A DNA stretch of 64,000 bases, taken from the NCBI RefSeq assembly GCF_009914755.1, contig NC_060934.1, one strand, 5' to 3'. Of this stretch, positions 25,666 through 37,137 are shown piece after piece (position 1 is the first letter of the stretch; every line of letters starts with the position of its first letter). This stretch comes from the human T2T-CHM13v2.0 reference genome, Homo sapiens. The notes under the pieces were generated by a model. It saw only the letters and a list, made by a program, of their open reading frames with translations. It did no database searches and was not told the DNA's origin. Position numbers and translations under genes: made by a program.

Positions 25666-27878
25666 TTGTGCTAAAACCAATGCCATACATGTTTGCCCAT
25701 GCAGGAAACACATAGCCTTCAGTGAAGCTTTAGAAATTGATGGAAACTTATTTGAGAAAAGGGTGTTGTATTTAAAAAACAGTAAGTTCAGTTCTAATAA
25801 ATCCACATTTGATTCTTAGGCTGATTAGCCACTGATGAGGACATCTTATTCATCAATTTATGCTTATTTTAGTTATATTTGTGGTATAATGAAGTATCTT
25901 TGAATTGGACCCGTTCATCCCTGAGGCAGGTTAGTGTTACTGGCACTTGAGTTACCTCCTTAATTCAGTTCAAACGTCAGTTTTCAATTTTTTAATTCTT
26001 TTGCTGTTTAAAATAATCAAACAAATTAAAGATGAATAATTACTGGCTCCATTCCTATAGTAACAAGTGTCACATTCTGACAACTTCAGAAACAAGGTTG
26101 GTTATTTTCAGCTTTCATTGTTTACACTCTTCAAAAATAAGGATGAGAAATTTATTTTATTTTCTTTTTATTAGTCAATAAGTTCTACTTAGGAGGCATA
26201 AAGTTCTCTGAACGATAAGTTAGGGCTCAGATAAGATTGTTTTAATACTGACTTCAATGCTAACTTAAGGAAAACAGATGATATCTTAGCTCTCCATTTC
26301 TTTAAGACTTAAGACTATGGTTGTTCGGGTATACAATTTATTTTATGTCTCTTAGAAAATTGTCATAAGTCTTATTTTACTTGAAGAAGATAAATATGAT
26401 GATAGTAACAGAACAATCAGAAGTGGTTATTCTTTTATACTAAATTTCAACTAATATCTATTAAGTACTTATGGCATGCCAGACCCTGTGATATGAGCTG
26501 GAGATTCCAGTTTTATAGAGAGATACAGTGTTTGTGGATGACTTTATGTTTAAGTCTGGGTTGGGTAGAACACATTTTCCACTTGAGCTGCAGCAGGATT
26601 CCAACTGAAAACATACTTCAATCTTGTAAATTCTAAGTTCTAGTGTATACTTGATGATTGAAGGGAAAAGAAAGAGAAGGGAGGATCCTTGCTATAATTA
26701 TGGTCAAGAAGTAGAAAGGAGCAGGAGGGATAGTAGGAAGGAGAGGCTATAGATTGGTCTTTAGTAGGACAAGGTTGGTGTTTAGCATTATTGCCTTTGC
26801 AGGAGGTTAAAACCTTTCTGTATCCCAGATGGGAGTTAGTTTTATCAACTATGTTGAAAACTAGTATATATGTGTATGTATGTGTGGGGGAGAGGGAAGA
26901 ATTGTATGTATTTGAAGGCTTATATGAATTAGATTTATTTTTATATACTTTTACAAGTAATATGCACATATACATTCAATTCTACTATAGCAAAACATGT
27001 ACATTTCTTATTACCACCATGTTAGGCAAAATTGTACAAAAATAATCACAGTGCTTATAGGAAGAATGAAATTAGGGACACAACACTAGAAACCTTTGTC
27101 AGTGACAGATAATAAAGAAAGGAACCTAATAAAAATTGTACCAACTTTTATGCATGTTAATTGCTTAGAACATACATAAATACTACAATAACTGTGATAC
27201 TTTACCTTGAAAATGCCTTAAGTTTGATAACAGAAGTGAGCATGAGAAATATTTGGGCTTGTGAACTGTGAAGTAATAGAAGAAAAATGACCTGAAATTC
27301 AGCAGAAAGTTTAAACTTCAGGTGTGGATAGGTGTGACTCATAACACACTGAAGCAGATGGTAAATATTTGAGTTATAAACATGTGTATATTTTTTGTAC
27401 TCTTAAACAGCTCAGTTCAAGTTGGCCACTTTCTGCAGATGAAATTGTGCAGAAGCAAATATAAAATTTGTTTTATCCTCAAATTGTTTCATAATATATG
27501 AATAACAGTGGAATGAATTTGTGTTTCATAACAAGCATAATAGTGTGTAGAGATATATTTCCCTTCTCTTGCAAAGTACTCAACCTGTCTTGACTTTGGC
27601 ACTTCTGTTCTGCTTGTGTTCTGATTATTTACACTTATGCCTTTTCCTCAATTAGGTATTAAGCTTTTCTAGGGCAAAGGCTGTCTTTGGTATGGCTTTA
27701 ATTGGTACAGTACCTATTTAAGTGACTTACCCATTTATAAAAATTATTAACACCTGTGGAATGAATAGCTGTAATTGAAAATTGAGACGTAGATGGACAG
27801 ATTTCAAAAAAGCAATAAAGGAAGGTTTCAAAAAGGAAATAAAATATCTGTTGGTGTGTTTTGAGATATCGTGTTTAT

Positions 27879-28190
27879 ATTTTATTTATTTATTTAAATT
27901 GTTTTTTGAGATGGAGTCTCACTCTGTCTCCCAGGCTGGAGAGCAGTGACATGATCTCGGCTCACCGCAACCTCTTTCTCCTGTGTTCAAGCGATTCTCC
28001 TGCCTCAGCCTCCCAAGTGGCTGGGACTACAGTGCCTGACACCAAGCCCAGCTAATTTTTGTATTTTTAATAGAGGCGGGGTTTCACCAAGTTGGCCAGG
28101 CTGATCTCAAAAACTCCTGACCTCAGGTGATCTGCCCACTTCGGCCTCCCAAAGTGCTGGGATTACAGATGTAAGCCACTGTGCCTGGCC
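27879..28190 (-). mobile_element. AluS (Sx-like)
   Basis: Full antisense dimer with 'cctgacctcaggtgatctgccc' and (TTTA)n tail. Confidence 0.93.
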
Positions 28191-28425
28191 AACATTGTGT
28201 TTATTGAAAGTATGCAGTGAACCAGAAATTCTACAGGACTGAGGTACACATATGTAGCATATGTGTATATACTAGTATATACATAGTATATACACTCAAG
28301 ACAAATCATTAAAAGGCTATCTCCTCCTAGAATACTTTTAGCCAGGGTCAAATTAAATAAGGTGTGTTTTTTTTCAGAGGAAAATAGTTAACAAAGGAGC
28401 AGCTTAGCAGGTTTAAGAGGTGCTA

Positions 28426-28505
28426 TTAGGCTGGTGCAAAAGTAATTGTGGTTTCTGCCATTAAAAGTAATTGCAGAAACCAGAATTACTTTTGCACCAC
28501 CCTAA
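28426..28505. mobile_element. MADE1 (Hsmar1-derived MITE; source family of miR-548)
   Basis: 80 bp with 37-bp TIRs (34/37 complementary), spacer AAAAGT, TA target-site duplications at 28424-28425 and 28506-28507. Confidence 0.96.
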
Positions 28506-29989
28506 TATATCACCAAACTTGCCATATTATCCTTTAGACAAACATTCGACTTTAAAAGTGTTTCCATAAAGCCCAAGATGCTTTAAGGAATCCTCTCAAA
28601 TCTGTGGTGAAAGAGAAGACAAAGGTAAGAGCTTTTGGTACCCTTACCTTCATTTCAAATTTTGATTATTTTGCTTTTATTATTTTGTTTATGAAACATA
28701 TGATTCCCTGGTCATCAAAAATAAAAAAATGTTTGCAAGTCAGTAGTCACAGTTTTGGGCAGGATAGTTGGGGTACTGGTGATGGTGGTATTAGATCTTA
28801 TTTATATGGATGTGAGCTTCTTGGCTTTCTTAGACTCAACTGGAGTTTGTCATATCTTCTCCCCTTCCTTTTTTCCGCATGATAATAGAACTCCAGCAGC
28901 AGAGGTAGCATCTAGAGTGTATGGCTAGGAGGAGCTGCACATATCTGTCATATTATAGCACTAGTGGTCTAAGGGAAGATATTTGGACTGCATTGTGTAA
29001 AGCCTATAAAACTTCTGGCAGTCTTCCATTCGAATAAATATCCAATGAAATTCACAGTCGGATGTAAAAACCTGTGAGAGATTTCCCCATAAATTAGTGT
29101 AACTTAATTTAAAATTTTCTGAGCACCAGTAGAAGAATTCTAGATCTTAAAAACAGTGTTGTATTTCTAGAGCAGTGCTTTTATGTACAATTGATAAAGT
29201 ATCTATGAAAATTGCATTAAAGCATTCATGGAGGAAGACTCTATAACATACACTCAGCTCAAAATTTCAGCAGCTGATTATCCTGTTTACAGGTTATTGG
29301 ACCTTTCATTTTTCTTATGCCGTCAGTCTTTGGGCCATTTCCCACATTAGCTATTTGACAAGACTATCCGGGTAGAAAGTTAGTTAGACCTGAGTTTGTC
29401 AATTAGGTTAACAGTTACAGTTTCATTTAAAGGTTTGATAGAAATGGATGTTGAAACCCCTAAGTAAGATTTAGTTATCCGTAGATTTAATCAATCCATG
29501 ATCTTCCTCTTGCAAATTACCACAAAAATATCAAGAATCATTTTTTTAAGCACTTTTGGAAATGCAACTGAAATCTTATGCCTTGGAGAAGGAGGTAAGG
29601 TATAGCTTCATCTTTGATAAGAAGTGATACTGAAAAATCAGAAGTGCAAAAAGGGTGACGAACATCTGATTGTTAAAGCATTGTTTTCTTCTCATTCCTT
29701 TTTCTGGGGTAAAATTGCAAACAAATGAATTGTACATGAAACTATTTGCCATAGAACCAATTAGCCAAATGTCTACACATGTTATCAGTCTGAAAAAGTT
29801 GGGAGGGGAGGTATCAGTCTAGTTTTGCTGAATTAATAAATTCAATAATTAGAATCTTCACTATGTATAACTTAGCAAGTAGTGGTACCTGTGCATCTGT
29901 ATGCATGACTCTCAGTCAAATATAACCATGTGTTCTTCTGAATGCTAGTATCCCTTTAACTGCTCTTATGATATAACACCCATTAAGAA

Positions 29990-31075
29990 TACACTTAATA
30001 AACATGTACTATGTTCTAGATATTGTCCTAGGTTCCAGGTTTATATGTGAATTCAGATCCAGACTCTAGAAAATTCAGAGTCTGGAAAAGGAGACATGTA
30101 TGAGTGTGGCCGATTTCTTCTCTCTGCCTCTGCAGATCTATTTTCTACCATTATCGGCTGTGTTACCAGCACAATGGCCTGTATGGACTACCAAAGGGCT
30201 TCCTGGCCATCAGAAAGTGGGATTCAGGCTATTACAGGGCCAACCCAGCAATAGATAAGAGGAAGTTGAAAGTGAGGTCGGGGTATTTCATCTCCCTGTG
30301 ACTTTTCTGGGCCTGGCTTTGTTTCTTCACTGAATTTCACTGCTCATCTCAAGGCAGCCTCCTTTGCCAGCTCTCTTCTTTCAGGTATTGGTAATAATTC
30401 TCTCCCTTTGACGCTTTGGGCTAGGGCTGGTGACAGCTCTGCTGTTACACATCCTGGGTTACAGTGCTAAATCCTGTGTCTCCCTTATATTCTACCCCAA
30501 ATTCTGATGATAGTCCTTTCCTAAATGAACACTCCTCAAGTGACCCTAATGCAAGAGAGCTGTTTCTTCTTGGATTCTCTACGTGTTATTTAACAATATA
30601 AGTCGGGTAAAAGAAAGCCTACAAAACACTAGGGACATACAAAAGAAAGAAGGATCGCCTCTTCTGAATAGTAAGTATCAGGACACACAGCTCAAAGTGG
30701 TGGCATGTGGGCTAACACTTGAAGGATCAGAAAATTTATGAGGTGAAAAATACGGGAAAAAGCATACAGAGTGGGAGGAAACACACTTGCCAGAATCACA
30801 GAGGTTGTAAATTCAATAGCTAGTTCTGGGAATAGTTAAGGATGTGTGGTTGAAGCCTAATATGTGTGAAAGGAAAGGATGGGAGACATAAAGATGACAG
30901 CAGCAAAACTAGTGTGTATCTTTTCTACCAAGATCTCTGTGCCTAGCACAAACATGATGTTCAATAACAGTTTGCTAAGAAAATAGGTAAATCAATAAAT
31001 ACAAAAGTAGACAGGAGGCAGATTATGAAGGGTTTGAATGCTAAGGAATTTGTACTTCACAGCTAAAATGATAGA
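29990..31075 (-). mobile_element. L2 fragments flanking the LTR33 insertion
   Basis: 'acttaataaacatgtactatgttctagatattgtcctagg' upstream; 'gtagacaggaggcagattatgaagggtttgaatgc' downstream. Confidence 0.55.
30106..30582 (+). mobile_element. LTR33-like ERVL solo LTR
   Basis: 'tgtggcc...ctgcctctgcagatctattttctacc...gcctgtatggact...aagtgaggtcgggtattt...gggctggtgacagctc'. Confidence 0.7.
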
Positions 31076-31740
31076 GACATAGAAAATGATTTTGAATAGG
31101 GGCTTGATGCATTGTAATATTCTTCCTTTCAGTTATCAGTACATTTATTGTCTCCCTTACCAGATTGTAACCATGTTGAAGGCAGGAAACAAGTCTTATT
31201 GATCTATATACCCCCATTATCTCTGAATGAAAGGATTCATACATTGTTGGCACCCAAAATCTGCTTGCTGAATTATTGCAAGTATAAATTACATGCTTGG
31301 AGTTTTCATAGCATGTGCATTTTATTTTAACCATTTTTATTAGAGCTTTTAAAATGAAACCATACTGATTTTATCTCAAACATTGATTTAAACATGATAC
31401 AACTGAAAGCAGAAACACAATGCCACTGATGGGTTTAATATGCTGCCTACTGAAATATCATTTGTTCTTTTATTAATCATCGATCCACAGAAGGCCTCAA
31501 CTTGGAAGATGATTGACTACAGCTCAGAGATTCTCTTGAGGGTTTTAGGGAAAGATTTGGCTCTTTCTGTAAATATTTATTGCCATAATCAGTAGTTTGA
31601 TGGGGCCACTAATGAACATTCTGTCCTTAAGAATGAAAAGGATCACTTTTCATCAGAAATATCCCTCACTATTTTCACTAATCTTTATCTTAAATCTCTA
31701 AGAGTGACAAACTGTTCAATTTTTCCATGGGTATGAATTA

Positions 31741-32087
<347 letters not shown>

Positions 32088-32166
32088 TTAAAGCAGGAAA
32101 ATGTAATATATCAAAGCCATGTATTTTTATTTGTGTTTGTTCATTTATTAACCTGTCATTAGTAAA

Positions 32167-32526
32167 TGCTATGGAATAAATGCCTGTGTCTCTCCAAAAT
32201 TTACATGCTGAAATCTAATCTCCAATATGATAGTGCATAGAGGTGGGGTCTTTGAGAGCTAATTGGGTCATGGGAGTGGAGCCCTTGTGAATGGATTTAG
32301 TGACCTTATAAGAAGAGGCAGGGGAGCCAGCTTGCTCTATTTCTGCCATGTGAGGATACAACAGAAGCTGTGGGTCTGCAACCTGCAAGAGTCCTCACCA
32401 GAACCCAACCTTGCTGGCACCCTGATATCAGACTTCCAGCCTCCACAACTGTGAGAAATAAATGTCTGTTGTGTATAAGCTATCCAGTCTACAGTACTTT
32501 GTTATAATACCCCAAACTGACAGACA
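32167..32526 (+). mobile_element. MLT1A0-like MaLR solo LTR
   Basis: TG...CA ends; 'tgctatgg', 'ttgctggcaccctgat..cagacttccagcctcca.aactgtgagaaataaat'. Confidence 0.9.
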
Positions 32527-32666
32527 GCAAGTGAACAAGTTTCTATTTGTAAGAATATACTAATGTACTTCAAAGTTATTTCCTTATGTAGGCAGGTCTT
32601 TTTTAACAGCTACTGACTGAACATCTACTGTTTTCTGTGAGCTATTAGAGGTGTTATGAGGGATTC

Positions 32667-33149
32667 TGTAGCAGATGCTATTGGTGCCCTCCCTGGACCT
32701 TCTCTACTAGGTGGGTACACCTGCCTCCCAGCTGTTGTGGGTGTTGATTGTTAAAGGTTCACACCTACACTCTTCCTCAAAGCGTTATCTATGGCCAGTG
32801 GGAGGTGCCCAGCCCAGAGATGCATGGGAAGTTATACTCCTCTACACAGATGATCCATGGGCAATGACTGACTGATGTAATGTGTAACAGCCCAGCTTTC
32901 TCACACTTGAGAGAAAATGTCTAGGTGCAGTCTATGCTGTAGAGCTCTAATGGGATCAGGCTGAATATAGACTCCTCTTGGGCCTCAATCTTTGCCTGCC
33001 ATCCTCCACCATTCTATCCTGCTATCCTCCACCGTTCTATCCTGCTTTTCTCACTCCCCAGAAGATTTCTCCTGAGAACACTGCTTCAGTAAATCTCCTG
33101 CAAGAATTCCTATCTCAGGCTTTGCCTCAAGAAAACCCCATTTTAGACA
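32667..33149 (+). mobile_element. LTR16C-like ERVL solo LTR
   Basis: Starts 'tgtagcagatgctattggtgccct', ends 'ttagaca'; internal 23-bp tandem duplication at 33001-33046. Confidence 0.8.
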
Positions 33150-33169
33150 GATATACACACACACAAAAA

Positions 33170-33820
33170 AAGACATAGACTCTTCTAAAGGAATGCGTAG
33201 TCTAACAGTGGAATATGTTTGTAAATAATTTCAACTAGAATATAGAGTGAGTTAAAAGAAATACAAGGGTAGTTTATGGGGTTTAAACAAAGAAATTCTT
33301 CACATAGATTATGGATAAGATGAGAAATCCTTGAAGTAAGATGATTTGAGATTCGTTTGAGAATTGCAAGTAGGCCACTTTGTCTGGGAAAGAAGTGGAA
33401 GGTTATGATGGAGCCATAATGTGGCATGCCTTGAAAGCTAGGATAAGGTGTTTATTTTTAATTTGAAAGCAATGGAAAGCCATTGAGTATTTTTTGAGCA
33501 TCACATTGATTCTGTTGGAACTGGGCTTCTGAAGATATATCTGGCTGACTATATAGAATAAATATTAGTGGCAGAAAATGAGAGTTGGAGAGACCAGTAA
33601 GAAAGCTAATAGACAAACGAGAAACAATGATGTCAACGGGGTGAGATATAAATGTGAGGGACATTTTAGGAGTAGAACTCATAAGACTTGGCAAGTTATT
33701 GAATACAGAGGGAGAGAGAGAGAGAGAGAACAGTGTCTCAAGGATCTTGGGCCTACTTAAATGGTCACTTATTAATGCCTTCCCCAAAGTGGAATTGTTG
33801 CACTGAAGGATATACGTATT
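33170..33820 (-). mobile_element. L2 fragment
   Basis: 'gcaatggaaagccattgag...ggagagaccagtaagaaagcta...ttttaggagtagaactcataagacttggc...gtctcaaggatct'. Confidence 0.7.
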
Positions 33821-34209
33821 AAACATTCTGTTATAAAATGCACACACTGAGTTTTGTCCCTTTTCAAACATTGGTGACAATTTAATGGCAGGAATGATAT
33901 TGTTATTTTCATTCATTCTGAAAATTATGAATAAAAGGAAACACATTAATGTGTTTTGTTGACTATACCCATCATGGCATTCCTTCTGTTATATTTTCGT
34001 CTCTCCTTGAGTAAATTCTTGCTCTACATGGTTTGATGCTGTGTTATGAGGACCATGATGACTTATGACAGTTTGAGACCCATTCAGACTATTTTCTGAC
34101 TAAAAACCAAGAGGAAATGGAATTCCCAAATGGAATTTTCTAGGCAATTGAGGGCACAGCTGGATGTGCTGCAATGCTAAACAAAAGCCTCCCCTGTAAT
34201 ACCCTCAAA

Positions 34210-34400
34210 CAGCACTGTGGAAAGGCTTTGGGTGAAAAGACCTGCGCTTGAATCCTGGCTCCACCAACAGAGAGTTGCACACATTTGGACAAATATCTTA
34301 AGCTCTCTAGGCCTCAGTTTTCAAATCTGTAAGGCAATATTTTCTTCAAAGAGTTGTTCTGAGGGACAATTGAAATGATGTGAGTAATTTTCTTTAAACT
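34210..34400 (+). mobile_element. MIR
   Basis: 'aagacctgcgcttgaatcctggctccacca...ctctctaggcctcagttttcaaatctgtaa'. Confidence 0.8.
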
Positions 34401-34981
34401 TACAAAATGAATGTTAGTAGACTTTACTCTTGCTGATATTTCCTCCTCAGGGACAAAACCTTTCTTTTTCTTATATTTCTTTTCTTCAGCATCTTTCCTG
34501 TTACACAGTAACTCTTCATTAAAGTCTCTCATATGGATGGATGAATGAATTTTTGCCTAGGGTGATATAAGTGACAGTCTGTATACTTCATTCTCCTTTG
34601 GCCTTTCTGAAATAAGAAATAGGAAAGAAAAGATTTATTGGAAAGTTTTTTGATATGAAGAACTATTTTCTTCTTCTCCATCTGTTTTGACTTTAGTACC
34701 TAGAAACTTATGTATTTCATTTAGGATGAGTGAAATTCATTTCCCCCTCTTTATAAAGGATTGTATTATTTCTGATGGGCCTCTGGATTCTATTATTGTT
34801 ATTTAAACAACAGTATCCTGTTGAGGTAGTTGCAGCTGGCTTAGCACATGGAAAAACTGTTGTTGCATCTTTTATTTTTACTCTTCGGTATTTCCTGAAA
34901 ATGATGGGAAGATGAAAAGTGACCTCCTCTTTGGTATTTTTTTTCCATTGGAACAGCTTATTTAGATTATTTGAGTAGACC

Positions 34982-34984
<3 letters not shown>

Positions 34985-35016
<32 letters not shown>
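34985..35016. repeat. (GT)16 microsatellite
   Basis: Seen directly. Confidence 0.97.
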
Positions 35017-35018
<2 letters not shown>

Positions 35019-35732
35019 ACATTTCTTGTGCTCCCATTTTTTTTCCCATCCTTCAGGAAAGGATTTTGATGCTTGATTACATTTTCCAAATTCTCTAGTA
35101 TACTTGTTCTATGCTTTTTGTCAGGCCATTTTTAACAGGATCTTTTCATAGTTAGAGAATCTCTCTAGCCTCATAGCTACCCTGCTGCCGGTAGACTAGA
35201 CAGTTATAATTATTTCCGCAGGTCAAAAACCTGTGGATATTACGGATTGAAAAAATTGCCAGGTGAGTCCAGATTAGAAATTGCCTCTCTAGCTTCAAAT
35301 GGGGGCTTTTCACCAGACCCCAGATCCCAGGGAACTTTATTATGTGGCAAAACTCCTTAATAGAGTGTCATCCATTGTCCTTGAGGCATAGTGAGATGTG
35401 AATGTGCTTGTCTTTCAGTTTGATTTTATCAGTTCATGAAAGCATTGAATAGATCATTTTGGGGCCTGAAGGGATTGGAGCTGAGTTTCTGTCACTTGTA
35501 GCTAAGAATATTAGCAAATGCACTGTATGACTCAATGTTGTAACCAAAAGAGGCTATTGCCATTTCTGAGCATGGTGTGTACTTTCCCATGCTGTTGGAT
35601 TTGCTTAGATTATTGCCTTTCCTACATTATACATTCTCATATTTAACCTGAAATCCTAACTATCCTCAAAATATAGCTCAGATATTATCCCCTCTATTAA
35701 ACCTTTCTTTGTTTCATAAGGAAGAATTTTCA

Positions 35733-35737
<5 letters not shown>

Positions 35738-35791
<54 letters not shown>

Positions 35792-36068
35792 AGACAGAGT
35801 CTTGCTCTGTTGCCCAGGCGGGAGTGCAGTGGTGCAATCTTGGCTCGCTACCACCTCTGCCTCCCAGGTTCAAGCAATTCTCCTGCCTCAGCTTCCAGAG
35901 TAGCTGAGACCACAGGCACTGCCACCATGCCCAGCTAATTTTTCCGTTTTTGTGAGATGGGGTTTCACCATCTCGGCCAGGCTGGTCTCGAACCCCTGAC
36001 CTCCAGTGATCTGTCTGCCTCGGCCTCCCACAGTGCTGGGATTACATGTGTGACCCACCGTGTCCACC
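35738..36068 (-). mobile_element. AluS with a T44 tail
   Basis: Antisense Alu; TSD GAATTTTCATTTTC at 35724-35737 and 36073-36086. Confidence 0.93.
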
Positions 36069-36176
36069 TTGGGAATTTTCATTTTCATCTAGGCTTCATA
36101 GCAATTTCCACCCTGCCTCCTGACATTTCGTATGACTTTTCACATTTTGTATTGGGTAATAGGGCTTTTTTTAAAC

Positions 36177-36445
<269 letters not shown>

Positions 36446-36842
36446 GAATTATAGGGTTTTATTTTTGCATTTTTAAAAACCTGTTAGATTATAAATCTAG
36501 ATTTTTCTGTACCCTTCTCACTTAAGTGAGAATTCTCTAGTATACTTGTAAGGGTATACTAAGTGAGAAGGATAAACAGCAAATAGGAGACTGGTAAACA
36601 TGTGTGGATGGGTGGTTAAATTTTCTGCCTGTAATGAAATTACATTCATAATTTACATTCAAAGTGTTTTAAACAGAAGCAGCAGGGTAAACAGTCAGTT
36701 TTAGTTTTTCAAAGTTCTGTTTTCTGACTTTTCTTGTATTCGTTCTGGTGAAGGTAGCTTACATGCTTACTTTGTAATTCTGTTTTTAAACACATCATAA
36801 ACTGTGAGGGGCTACTTGCCTGTCAAGAATGGAGCCATTACC

Positions 36843-37137
36843 GGCCGGGCGCGGTGGTTCACGGCTGTAATCCCAGCACTTTGGGAGGCCGAGGCGGGTG
36901 GATCACGAGGTCAGGAGTTCAAGATCAGCCTGGCCAAGATGGTGAAACCCCGTCTCTACTAAAAATACAAAAAAAATTAGCCAGGCGTGGGGGTGGGCGC
37001 CTGTAATCCCAGCTACTTGGGAGGCTGAGGCATAGAATTGCTTAAACCCGGGAGGCGGAGGATGTAGTGAGCCGAGATCGCTCCACTGCACTCCAGCCTG
37101 GGTGACAGAGCAAAACTCCATCTAAAAAAAAAAAAAA
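36843..37137 (+). mobile_element. AluSg-like
   Basis: 'ggatcacgaggtcaggagttc...ggccaagatgg'; TSD AAGAATGGAGCCA at 36825-36837 and 37138-37150. Confidence 0.94.

Noticed and set aside
33458-33946. 162-aa - ORF, the longest outside the L1
   Set aside because: Mostly overlaps a degenerate L2 and a (GA)n tract; chance open frame
34822-34840. TGAGGTAGTT, a let-7-like start
   Set aside because: The match ends after about 9 nt and there is no supporting hairpin
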